A DNA stretch of 64,000 nucleotides from positions 266,739-330,738 of the forward strand of contig OZ244727.1 in assembly GCA_965219255.1 (NCBI GenBank), written 5' to 3'. Below are positions 54,864 through 64,000 of the stretch, piece after piece. Origin of the DNA: Tepidiformaceae bacterium. GTDB taxonomy: Bacteria; Chloroflexota; Dehalococcoidia; Tepidiformales; Tepidiformaceae. The notes below the pieces were generated by a model, which searched no databases, had not been told where the DNA came from, and saw only the letters and a program-made list of their open reading frames with translations. How positions within the stretch are numbered: the first letter of the stretch is position 1; every line of letters begins with the position of its first letter. The translations under genes were made by a program, and so were the position numbers.

Positions 54864-55802
54864 CTAGCCGACCGTGGGCAACCCCTCGGCGCGCCGGACT
54901 TCGTTGATGGTCTCCCGCACGCGCTGCCGGAACGGGGCGTACTGGACTTCGAACTCCTCGACGAGACGCGAATTGTCCATCAGGAACAACCCCGAGAGCT
55001 CCCGCCCACCCTCGTCCTCGTCGAACGCAATCTCGGCCTCGGGCAGGAGCTCGCGCACGATGGTTGCGAGCTCGCCGAGGCTCATCGACTCCCCACCCGA
55101 ATTGTAAATCGAGTGGTGCGTCTCCTCGGCGAGCGTCACGCGCAGGAACACCTCCGCGATGTCCTCGACGTGGAGTGGCAGCGTCATGGTGTCGCGATGG
55201 GGGAAGTGGACGGGCTCGTTGCGCGCCGGCAGCACCTGGCACTGCACGTGGTTCATCGAACCTCGCACCTTGTCGGGGCCCGTGATGTTCGCGGGCCTCA
55301 CGCCGGTGATCGCCATGTCGAAGGCGCGGTTGTACCAATCGGCCTGGTGTTCGTTGAAGGTTTTTGAGACCGCGTAGATGCCCGTGCCGAGCCGTGGCTC
55401 CTCCTCCGTTACCGCATGCTCGCCGTGCAGTCGTTGCGGACCGTAGACAGCAAGGGAGCTCGCATAGACCACCCGTGGGATGCCGAGGATGCGAGCCGCT
55501 TCGAAGCAGTTATCCATCCCCAGGATGTTCAGCCGCACCTGTGGATGCGGGTCGCTCTCGCCGGCGCCGAGGGCGTACGCGAGATTGAGGACGCGGTCGG
55601 GCTTGCTCAACGTGAGCGCCTCGACGACATCGTCCATGAGGGTGATGTCGCCGCGGATGATCTGGATCCGGTCACGAAGCGGCTCAAGCGACGGAGCGTC
55701 CGGTGCGATGTCCATGCAGTGGACCTCGTGTCCGTGCTCGACCAGCCGGCGCATCACGCGTGGCCCGATGAAGCCGCTCCCTCCCAGTACTGCAACACGC
55801 AT
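54864..55802 (-). CDS. NAD-dependent epimerase/dehydratase (extended SDR)
   Basis: MRVAVLGGSGFIGPRVMRRLVEHGHEV (GxxGxxG), YAVSKTFNE (YxxxK). Confidence 0.9.
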   Translation of the reverse strand: MRVAVLGGSGFIGPRVMRRLVEHGHEVHCMDIAPDAPSLEPLRDRIQIIRGDITLMDDVVEALTLSKPDRVLNLAYALGAGESDPHPQVRLNILGMDNCFEAARILGIPRVVYASSLAVYGPQRLHGEHAVTEEEPRLGTGIYAVSKTFNEHQADWYNRAFDMAITGVRPANITGPDKVRGSMNHVQCQVLPARNEPVHFPHRDTMTLPLHVEDIAEVFLRVTLAEETHHSIYNSGGESMSLGELATIVRELLPEAEIAFDEDEGGRELSGLFLMDNSRLVEEFEVQYAPFRQRVRETINEVRRAEGLPTVG

Positions 55803-55924
55803 CCCGCGCCGACCTCCCGCTGTCTCTGGCGCCAATGTAGCACCACCGCCAGCTCGAAAGTGCAGCGCAATGTGATCGCAACCCGGGGCCTGGGCGTGCC
55901 TCGCGCGTGAGCGACGTTTCGCAG

Positions 55925-57334
55925 CTAGTCGACGACGACCGGTTCTACCGCTCCGAGTAACCAGCGCGCGATCGCCGTCATCTCCGCATCCTGGTGCGGC
56001 TGGCCGAAGACCTGCACGCCGACGGGCATACCACCGACGCTCATCAGCGGCATGCTCACGGCCGGGGCGAACAGCATTGAGCTTGGGAAGTTGAACACCG
56101 GATCGCCGGTCGGGCGTGGGGCGAGCGGAGCGCCCGGCTCATCGCCGAGCCAGACGTGAGCGGGGCCCGGACACGAGAGCGTGATGATTGCATCGGCAGA
56201 TCCGGCCAGGGCCGCGTGCGCCTCCTGGGCGACCTCACGGGCGATCAGCGCCGCCCGATAGTCGTCCACCGACATGGCCTCTGCGTGAGCGAGCGCGGCC
56301 TTTGCCCGCTCGCTCACGCCCTCGGGGTGCTGATCGACGAGGTTCCGCGTCGCCCAGCGGTTTTCCCAGTTCGTGATCGTGTTGCACACCTCGCGAGCGT
56401 CGCTGATGAGACCCTCGAGCGACTCGACCAGCGGGTCCTCCCCCCGCCGCGGGAGCTGGAGGCCAAGCTCGCGCAACTGATCGAGGACTACTGCGAACCC
56501 CTCCTTGCTGGGTTCGTCCAGCTCATCCCAGCCCTGGGTCTCCAGCATGATCAACCGCTCGGGGTTGCGCGGCTCGGGGGTGGTCGAAGGCCCGTCCAGT
56601 CCGGGCCATCCACGGTCGCCCCCGGCGCGCTGCGCGATCTCGATGGCAACCTGCCACATGTCCTCGATGCAGCCTGCATGGACGCCGTGGGTGCTCATGC
56701 TCGTCGCCTGGCGCTCGCCGCGGTTGATGCCTCCCTGCGTTGGCTTGAGGGCGACGTTCCCGCAGTAGCCGGCGGGCCTGATGATCGAACCACCGACCTG
56801 GGAGCCAAGAGCGGCCGGGAGCATGCGCGCCGCGACCGCCGCCGCCGAGCCGGACGAGGAACCGCCGGGCGTGCGCCGCCGGTCGAACGGATTGGTGGTT
56901 GGTCCGGGATGGGAGCCCCCGAGCTCGGCCGTGACGGTCTTTCCGAGGATCACTGCACCCGCCTGCCGCAGAGCCCAGACGGCCGCGTTGTCCCGCCTGG
57001 GGAAGTTCCCGCGGAACGCCTCGCAGCCGTACTCGGTCGGCATGTCCTTCGTCTCGAGGAGGTCCTTGATCCCCACCGGCATGCCATCGATGGGGGAGAG
57101 CGGCTTGCCCGTGGCCCAGCGCTCCGTGCTCGCGTCCGCGGCAGCGCGGGCCAGGTCCCGGTTGAGGTGGGCGAAGGCCTTGACCACCGGCTCGCGCTCC
57201 TCGATCGTCGCCAGGCAGCGCTCGAGGAAATCGCGGGCAGTGTCATCGCCCGTTCGGAACCGCCGAGCGGCGTCGTGGAACGTGAGGGGCTCGTAGCCCC
57301 GCGGGTCGTAGCCCGTCGCGGCGGCCTGCGCCAT
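55925..57334 (-). CDS. amidase (amidase-signature family, GatA-like)
   Basis: GMPVGIKDL, GGSSSGSAAAVAARM, GSQVGGSIIRPAGYCG. Start at MAQAAATG (CAT 57332-57334). The upstream 170 codons of the track ORF overlap the P450 gene. Confidence 0.9.
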   Translation of the reverse strand: MAQAAATGYDPRGYEPLTFHDAARRFRTGDDTARDFLERCLATIEEREPVVKAFAHLNRDLARAAADASTERWATGKPLSPIDGMPVGIKDLLETKDMPTEYGCEAFRGNFPRRDNAAVWALRQAGAVILGKTVTAELGGSHPGPTTNPFDRRRTPGGSSSGSAAAVAARMLPAALGSQVGGSIIRPAGYCGNVALKPTQGGINRGERQATSMSTHGVHAGCIEDMWQVAIEIAQRAGGDRGWPGLDGPSTTPEPRNPERLIMLETQGWDELDEPSKEGFAVVLDQLRELGLQLPRRGEDPLVESLEGLISDAREVCNTITNWENRWATRNLVDQHPEGVSERAKAALAHAEAMSVDDYRAALIAREVAQEAHAALAGSADAIITLSCPGPAHVWLGDEPGAPLAPRPTGDPVFNFPSSMLFAPAVSMPLMSVGGMPVGVQVFGQPHQDAEMTAIARWLLGAVEPVVVD

Positions 57335-57363
57335 CACCAGGCCTCCCTTGCCTGACGCCGGAG

Positions 57364-58701
57364 TCAGGTCGCCATCGGCGCCGGCGTCGACTCGAACGTG
57401 ACGTGCAGTTCTCTCAGCCCGAGCATCCGGCCGGGGATGTGCCTGAAGTCGTTCGTCCCCTCGGCGAGACCAATCGATTCGAAACGATCGAGCCAGCCGT
57501 GCACCGCGATGTTCTGCTCCAGCCGCGAGAGGCCGGCGCCGGGACAGTTGCGCGGACCCTGCGAGAAGGTGAGGTGGCGGCCCGGGTTCGGACGGGAGAG
57601 ATCGATGCTGTCCGCGTGTGGGAAGGTCTCCTCGTCCCTGTTTCCGGCGCCGTAGCGCACGTGCAGCAGGGAGCCTGCCGGGATCTTCACCCCCTGGAAC
57701 TCGACATCCTGTGCCGTGAGCCGGCTCGAGCTGCCCTGGGTAGGCGCGTAGACGCGGAGGGCCTCCTCCACGAAGAACCGCACCTTGCTCCGGTCCCGCT
57801 TCAACTCCGCCCAGACGCCGGGATTGCGGGCGAGGAGGAGCCACTCCGACGTGAGCGCGAATTGCGTCGTCTCATTGCCGCCGATGTGCATCCCGAATGT
57901 CACCGACACGATCTCGGCGTCCGTCAGCTTGCGGCCCTCGTACTCGACCTGGGTGAGGAACGTGAGCATGTCGTTCCCCGGATTGCGGCGCTTCTCGTCC
58001 GCCTGTGCCTTCAGGTACTGCTGGAACTCCACGAGCGCCTGCGCGTTCTCGATCTCTTCGGCGGGCGGAAGCTCGTCCTTATGGTTGATGAAGTAGACGA
58101 AGCGGCGGACCTGGGCTTCCTCGAACGCCTTCAGCTTGGGCAGATCTTCCAGCGGCAGCCCGAGGATCGTCGTGATCACCCGCTGCGGGAGGGCCTGCGC
58201 GAACTCCCGCACGAGCTCCGCCTCGTTGCGCTTCTCCCAGCCTTCGAGAAGCAGGTCGACCTGGGAACGGATCATGTCCGCGTGCTGATCGGCGCCGACC
58301 GGGCCGACCCAGGGATCGGTGAGCTGCAGGCGGTGCTGCTTGTGCGATTCCAGGTCTGGACGCAGCGACTGCCGGGTATCGGCCGGCGTCCCCAAGCCGG
58401 TCTCGCGGAAAATCTCCGTGGCCTCGTCGCTCGCCTGGCGCAGTTCGGACGGGGGAAACGCCTCGGGGTCGCGGATGATGCGGGAGATGTCCGCGTACTT
58501 GGTAATGACGAAGGCGTCCGTGCCGGGCGTCTTGCCGCCCCCGGGGATCCGCAGCACGGGGGACTCCTCGTGGAGCAACGAGTACGCCTCGTACCAGTGC
58601 TCCTGTGATCCCGGGGCGAACAGGTCGACGGCGTCCGCACTCATCGGGCACGCCGCCTCGGCGTTCAACATCTTCAGGTCGTGCGTTGAAGGCGCGGACA
58701 T
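57364..58701 (-). CDS. cytochrome P450
   Basis: Heme loop [20 protein letters not shown] (ExxR), [10 protein letters not shown] (I-helix). Confidence 0.9.
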   Translation of the reverse strand: MSAPSTHDLKMLNAEAACPMSADAVDLFAPGSQEHWYEAYSLLHEESPVLRIPGGGKTPGTDAFVITKYADISRIIRDPEAFPPSELRQASDEATEIFRETGLGTPADTRQSLRPDLESHKQHRLQLTDPWVGPVGADQHADMIRSQVDLLLEGWEKRNEAELVREFAQALPQRVITTILGLPLEDLPKLKAFEEAQVRRFVYFINHKDELPPAEEIENAQALVEFQQYLKAQADEKRRNPGNDMLTFLTQVEYEGRKLTDAEIVSVTFGMHIGGNETTQFALTSEWLLLARNPGVWAELKRDRSKVRFFVEEALRVYAPTQGSSSRLTAQDVEFQGVKIPAGSLLHVRYGAGNRDEETFPHADSIDLSRPNPGRHLTFSQGPRNCPGAGLSRLEQNIAVHGWLDRFESIGLAEGTNDFRHIPGRMLGLRELHVTFESTPAPMAT

Positions 58702-58923
58702 AGCTCAGAACTCCCTCTTCCTGGTTCGCTGCCAGTGCTACAGACTCGGACAGGCCACCACCAGCGGCGCCGTGTACCAGCCATCTTACGCCCCAGGGGA
58801 ATGACCCAGGAAAGAAACGCGGAGAGCCGAACGGGTACCATGGATGCCAGCAGCGCAGGCTCTCGCGATCGAAACGCTCCCCGCCGCGATTCGCACCACA
58901 CACACTCGACGAAAGGTAGCGAC

Positions 58924-59580
<657 letters not shown>

Positions 59581-59639
59581 GGGCGAGGCGGCGCAACTCG
59601 CCATCTCCCTCGGCGCCGTCTGCTAGAACTCGATGTCGC

Positions 59640-60100
59640 CGCTCCAGTGCAGCCGCCGAAGTTCCTCCGGCTCAGTTTGCGAAACGCCTCGGCTCGTGCG
59701 ATCAGTGCACTCAGCCAATGGCCCGGAGGAAGAAACGCCGCCCCTTCCTCCGCCGTCACCCACCTGTGCTCGGAGTGCTCGTCGCAACTGGGAACCGCTT
59801 GCGGAGCACCTGACGCACGTGGCGGAGCTCGAACACGACGTGGAAGCCGCTCTGTTGTGAGCAATGCGCGCGCCCCTGAGGCCCGCGTATTCCCTGCGAA
59901 CAACTTGAGAATCTCGTCCGCCGGAGGCTGGTGTCATGTCGAGGTTGCGCCTCACCACTGGACGAATAGAGGTGTGAAGCTGCGGTCGTGCGAAAGGCGA
60001 GGCACGCCGTTCTACGTCCCGCTCGCCTTCTGAGGGGTGGCGATTGTCCTCGACTGGGCCGCGGACAGCATGCACCCAGAGTCCACTGCGGTAGCGCACG
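59640..60100 (-). pseudogene. possible frameshifted, decayed NUDIX-hydrolase remnant
   Basis: Three minus-strand frames each carry a piece. GLWVHAVRGPVEDNRHPSEGERDVERRA is a degraded GxWxxPGGxVExGExxxxAAxREVxEE. It is followed by GFHVVFELRHV, then DEHSEHRWVTAEEGAAFLPPGHWLSALIARAEAF, which is a typical NUDIX C-terminus. No single intact ORF. Confidence 0.35.
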
Positions 60101-60131
60101 GGGTGAAAGGTCCATCCCGTAGGATGCGGGT

Positions 60132-60914
60132 GTGGGCGTTCTCGATCACTTCAGGCTTGACGGGCATGTGGCGATCGTCACAGGCGGAGGCCGCGGCATT
60201 GGCCGCGGCATCGCCCTGGCCTTCGCCGAGGCCGGAGCGGACGTTGCAGTTGCGGCTCGCCGGACACATGAGGTCGAGGCTGTGGCGGAAGAGGTGCGGG
60301 AACGCGGCCGGCGAGCCTTCGCCATGGGGATGGATGTACTCGACTGGCCCGCGAACGATCGCCTGGCCGAGGCCACTGTCGCCGAACTCGGGAAGCTCAC
60401 GATCTGGGTCAACAACGCGGGCGGCAATCTCGACCGCACCCAGCGCCCTCTTGTCGACACCCCGGAGGAGGTGTGGGACACGCTTGTCGACCTCAACCTG
60501 AAGACCGCCTGGTGGGGAGCGAAGGCCGCCACTGAGCGGATGACCGAGGGTGGCAACATCATCAACATCTCATCGGTCGCTGCTTGGGGCGCTTCGCCCG
60601 CCGCCGGGCCCTACGCCGCGACGAAGTCCGCCATGATCAACATGACCAAGACGCTCGCGCTGGAGCTGGCCCCGCAGAAGATCAGGGTCAACTGCATCGC
60701 TCCGGGCCTCGTCCCGACGGAAATGTTCTTCGAGACCATGAAGGTGGACGAAGCCGCGGTCGAGAGCATGGGTGAGCAGATGCCGGCCGGGCGCGCTGGG
60801 CGACCTGAGGACATTGGGGCCGCGGCGGTCTACTTCTGCTCGTCTGCTGCCGAGTGGGTTACGGGCCAGACGTTGGCCGTGAGTGGCGGGCCCACGGGAA
60901 CGAGGGAAATGTGA
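60132..60914 (+). CDS. SDR-family oxidoreductase (FabG-like)
   Basis: VAIVTGGGRGIGRGIA, NNAG, YAATKSAMINM. GTG start. Confidence 0.9.
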   Translation: MGVLDHFRLDGHVAIVTGGGRGIGRGIALAFAEAGADVAVAARRTHEVEAVAEEVRERGRRAFAMGMDVLDWPANDRLAEATVAELGKLTIWVNNAGGNLDRTQRPLVDTPEEVWDTLVDLNLKTAWWGAKAATERMTEGGNIINISSVAAWGASPAAGPYAATKSAMINMTKTLALELAPQKIRVNCIAPGLVPTEMFFETMKVDEAAVESMGEQMPAGRAGRPEDIGAAAVYFCSSAAEWVTGQTLAVSGGPTGTREM

Positions 60915-61678
60915 GTATCCTCGATCGTTTTCGGCTCGACGGACAGGTGGCGGTGGTCACGGGCTCGGGGCGCGGTATCGGCGAGGGTATCGCCCTCGGT
61001 CTTGCCGAGGCCGGCGCCGCCGTTGTCGTGGCTGCACGGCGAACAAACGAGATAGAAGCGGTCGCAGAGAAGGTCCGGGCCGCGGGCGGCCAGGCGCTGG
61101 CACGGACGACCGACTTCCTCGATGTCGAGCAGATCGAGGCACTGGCAGACGCCACCGTCGCGGAGTTTGGGAAGCTCACGATCTGGGTCAACAATGTCGG
61201 TGGCGCTCAAGACCGGACCGCGCGCACGATCCTCGGTACTCCCGAGAAGGCCTGGGACAACCAGATCGACCTCAATCTCAAGTCCGTGTGGGCGGGGGCG
61301 AGGGCTGCGAACCGAGCCATGGGCGAGGGGGGCGGCGTGATCGTGAACATCTCCTCCGCTGCGGCGACGAAGCCATCTCCGATGAACGGCCCTTACGCCG
61401 CCGCGAAGTTCGGCGTTAACAGCCTCACCATGACGCTCGCTGCCGAGCTGGCGCCGAAGGTGCGGGTCGTGGGCGTCTCCCCCGGCCCGGTCCCCACGGA
61501 AGTAATGATTGAGTACACCGGCATGAGCGAGGAACAGTTGCGCCAGGGGCTCGGTTCGCAGCTGCCACTCAAGCGTATCGGCGAGCCAGAGGACATTGCC
61601 GCCGCCGTCGTCTACCTTGCGTCCCCCGCCGCCTCCTGGGTTACCGGCGCCACGCTCTCCGTCACCGGCGGCAGCTAG
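60911..61678 (+). CDS. SDR-family oxidoreductase (FabG-like), tandem paralog
   Basis: VAVVTGSGRGIGEGIA, NNVG, YAAAKFGVNSL. The GTG start overlaps the previous stop (GTGA). Confidence 0.9.
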   Translation: MSILDRFRLDGQVAVVTGSGRGIGEGIALGLAEAGAAVVVAARRTNEIEAVAEKVRAAGGQALARTTDFLDVEQIEALADATVAEFGKLTIWVNNVGGAQDRTARTILGTPEKAWDNQIDLNLKSVWAGARAANRAMGEGGGVIVNISSAAATKPSPMNGPYAAAKFGVNSLTMTLAAELAPKVRVVGVSPGPVPTEVMIEYTGMSEEQLRQGLGSQLPLKRIGEPEDIAAAVVYLASPAASWVTGATLSVTGGS

Positions 61679-61770
61679 ACCTCACCGGCGCAGGGAGCCC
61701 CCGTCGACATCCTCGAACAAGGCGTCTCCGGAGTCCGGCCATAGCCCGCGCTAACCATGTCCTACCTTTC

Positions 61771-62910
61771 TCACCACTGCACGAACATCGGCATGACGAC
61801 GTGGACGTAGCCGTCCTCTCCCGCCGGGCGGAACACGCCCTGGCTTGAGGGGCTCGTCGTCTCCAGGCGCACCTCGCCGTCGAGTACGCCCAGCACGTCG
61901 GCTAGGTAGCGGCTGTTGAACGCGATCTTGGCGGGCTCGCCGTCTACCTTCACGTCGATCTCGCCCTCGTTGTCGCCCACCTCGTCCGCTCGTGCGCTGA
62001 TGACCAGCTTGCCCGAGGAGCCGTCGCCCGTGGGTTGCACCTGTAGCCGCACGATGCCGCTGCCGTCGCGGGCGAAGATGGCGGCGATGCGGGCGCTGCG
62101 GGTGAAGTCGTCCACGTCTACTACCGTCGACGTGTTGTACTCGCTCGGGATCAGCTGGTTGTAGTTGGGGAACGTCCCCTGGATAAGTTGGGCCACGAGC
62201 TCCACGTCCGTCAGCGAGAACTGCACCTGGGTTTGCTTGTCGTTCACGCGTAGCTCCACGGGCGTCGCACCGTCCCCGATCAGTCGCGCCACCTCCCGCA
62301 GCGCCCGCGCCGGCACGATCAGATTCAGGTCGCCCGCCGGGGACGCCTGCCGCGCGCCGAGCTCGATATCCGATACCGCCAGCCGGAAGCCGTCCGAGGC
62401 GGCGAAGGTCAGCTTGTTCTCCTCGCCCTTGATGCTCACGCCTGTGATCACCGGCCGCGAGTCGTCCGTGGCCGCGGCGAATTCGACCCGGTCGATCGTG
62501 CGCCGCAGAGTCGCTCCGTCCAGCTCGGTCGAGGGCTCCTCCTCGATCGTCGCGATGCGGGGGAAGTCCTCCGCATCCATCGTGTTGATGGTCGACTCCG
62601 TGCGCGCGCACTCCAACTTTGCCTGGCGGGTGCGCTCGGGCACCTCGATGGAGACCGTCGCCGGCGGCAACTGCGCCACGAAATCCGTGATCAGGCGAGC
62701 GGGGACAGTCGTCGCCCCCTCCTCCTCGATCTTCGCCCCGATCCAGGTGCTGATAGAGATGTCGAGGTCGGTGGCGGAGAGTCGCAACCGTCCCCCGTCC
62801 GTGGCCATCAAGACGTTCGAGGTGATAGGCAGCGTTGACCGCGTGGCGACCGCCCGCCCCACGATCGCCAACCCTCGCTGGAGGTTCTCCTGGAGGACCT
62901 GAACCTTCAT
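61771..62910 (-). CDS. dnaN: DNA polymerase III beta sliding clamp
   Basis: MKVQVLQENLQRGLAIVGRAVATRSTLPITSNVLMA...LRLSATDLDISI...FNSRYLADVL...MPMFVQW. Confidence 0.92.
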   Translation of the reverse strand: MKVQVLQENLQRGLAIVGRAVATRSTLPITSNVLMATDGGRLRLSATDLDISISTWIGAKIEEEGATTVPARLITDFVAQLPPATVSIEVPERTRQAKLECARTESTINTMDAEDFPRIATIEEEPSTELDGATLRRTIDRVEFAAATDDSRPVITGVSIKGEENKLTFAASDGFRLAVSDIELGARQASPAGDLNLIVPARALREVARLIGDGATPVELRVNDKQTQVQFSLTDVELVAQLIQGTFPNYNQLIPSEYNTSTVVDVDDFTRSARIAAIFARDGSGIVRLQVQPTGDGSSGKLVISARADEVGDNEGEIDVKVDGEPAKIAFNSRYLADVLGVLDGEVRLETTSPSSQGVFRPAGEDGYVHVVMPMFVQW

Positions 62911-63086
62911 TGGCTTACCCACATTTCCCGTTCTGAACCGCGATTATAGGAAACCCACAGGCTGAGTGTATAGGCGGCTGAGCAGTTGCCCTCCATACTT
63001 CCAAGCCGATGGGACATAACCCATAACGTAAAGCCCTCTATACTTGTCTTTCCGGCGCACCTGCGGGGGACGCCGGTGGGTAAGGC

Positions 63087-64000
63087 GTGTACATCCACAG
63101 GCTCCATCTCGCGAACTTCCGGAACTACGCGCAGGTCGATCTCGCCCTCGATCGCGGGCTCAACCTGTTCGTCGGCGAGAACGCGCAGGGCAAGAGCAAC
63201 TTGCTCGAGGCCATCTACCTGCTCTCCACCCTGCGCTCCAGCCGGGCCAGTAGCGACTCTGACCTCGTCAGGCGCGATATCGTCGACTCTGAGTTCCCCG
63301 TCGCCCGCCTCCAGACCGAGGTCCAGCGCGCCGCCGGCCGCCTCAACCTGGAGCTTGCGGTCGTTGGGCGCGGTGGTGAGGGCCAGCGCGCGGGCAAGCG
63401 CGTCCGCGTGAACGGGCTCGCCAAGCGCACCTCCGATGCCGTCGGTGAGCTCGCGGCGGTACTATTCACCACCCTCGACATCGAGGTGGTGGCCGGACCC
63501 CCCATCCTCCGCCGTCGCTACCTCGACATGATGGCCTCCCAGGTCGACCGCGGGTACCTGCGGGCCATGCAGCGCTACCAGCGCGTCCTGCAGCAGCGAA
63601 ACGGGCTGCTCAAGCGCATCCAGGCGCGCGAGGCGGCGCCCACCGAGCTCGGCTTCTGGAACCAGGAGCTCGCGCACGCCGGCGGCATCATCATGAAGGG
63701 TCGCGCCGATGCGCTCGGCCTGCTCGTGCCCTACGCCCGCGAGCACATGGGCCGCCTCAGCGACGACAACGAGACCATCGAGCTCACCTACCGGCCCGCT
63801 CTCGGCGACGCCGTCGAGAACCACCTTCCCATCGACGACGCGGAGTGGACCAACTGCATGCTGCAAGCCCTCAACGATGGCCGCTCCCGCGAGATCGGCG
63901 CCGGCGTCACCCTCTTCGGCCCTCACCGCGACGACGTGGAGATCCTCATCGACGGCTTCTCCGCCGCTTCCTTCGCCTCGCGCGCGCAGCTCCGGACGGC
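63087..64000 (+). CDS. recF: DNA replication/repair protein RecF (N-terminal about 300 aa; continues past window end)
   Basis: Own translation from GTG 63087: VYIHRLHLANFRNYAQVDLALDRGLNLFVGENAQGKSNLLEAIYLLSTLRSSR (Walker A), ...LRRRYLDMMASQVDRGYLRAMQRYQRVLQQRNGLLK..., GPHRDDVEI. Open at the window edge, so absent from the ORF track. Confidence 0.9.
   Translation, partial: MYIHRLHLANFRNYAQVDLALDRGLNLFVGENAQGKSNLLEAIYLLSTLRSSRASSDSDLVRRDIVDSEFPVARLQTEVQRAAGRLNLELAVVGRGGEGQRAGKRVRVNGLAKRTSDAVGELAAVLFTTLDIEVVAGPPILRRRYLDMMASQVDRGYLRAMQRYQRVLQQRNGLLKRIQAREAAPTELGFWNQELAHAGGIIMKGRADALGLLVPYAREHMGRLSDDNETIELTYRPALGDAVENHLPIDDAEWTNCMLQALNDGRSREIGAGVTLFGPHRDDVEILIDGFSAASFASRAQLRT

Noticed and set aside
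62940-63100. Cluster of DnaA boxes indicating oriC
   Set aside because: Only one box is within one mismatch of the consensus (62915-62923). The others have 2-3 mismatches, too few to call an origin.

Overview
High-GC bacterial chromosomal segment, tightly packed with about 60 protein-coding genes. I recognised no rRNA, tRNA or CRISPR array. The gene content and AAGGAGG-type ribosome-binding sites suggest an aerobic heterotroph of Chloroflexota or Actinomycetota type; this is inference only.

The window is dominated by paralog-rich oxidative and catabolic enzymes:
- 3 luciferase-like (LLM) oxidoreductases
- 3 acyl-CoA-dehydrogenase-fold flavoproteins that all start MVRxEIIxRQ
- 2 cytochrome P450s
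- 3 SDRs plus an epimerase
- single copies of GMC oxidoreductase, Gfo/Idh/MocA, aldo-keto reductase, amidase, esterase, CocE/NonD hydrolase and CaiB-type CoA-transferase

Transport and other modules:
- A Dpp/Opp-like SBP plus two permeases, with no ATPase gene nearby.
- A complete LIV-type ABC system whose SBP is a tandem fusion of two binding modules and whose LivH permease carries an extra N-terminal secreted domain.
- An orphan LIV-type SBP, a ChrA chromate transporter and a His-rich CDF metal exporter.
- An iron block: a DtxR/IdeR-like box, a ferric SBP, bfd and bfr.
- An NfeD-flotillin pair.
- A five-gene partner-switching signalling operon on the minus strand (STAS, REC-PP2C, RsbW-like kinase, LivJ-like SBP, HAMP histidine kinase).
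- One IS5-family insertion with CTAG target duplication.
- Two lower-GC single-gene islands encoding orphan PD-(D/E)XK / HsdR_N-type nuclease-like proteins.
- dnaN and a partial recF at the right edge, in an unusual divergent arrangement with no dnaA in the window.

I did not find an obvious multi-gene novel system. The most unusual items are:
- the tandem-fused SBP and the domain-extended LivH
- a His-rich upstream mini-ORF with alternative hairpins in front of the CDF gene
- a roughly 400-nt structured non-coding stretch that ends in a strong terminator
- a kinase / PEP-mobile-domain operon
- a recurrent intergenic TTGGCTCTTGG motif

All functional calls rest on motif and family recognition by eye. 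No database searches were run.
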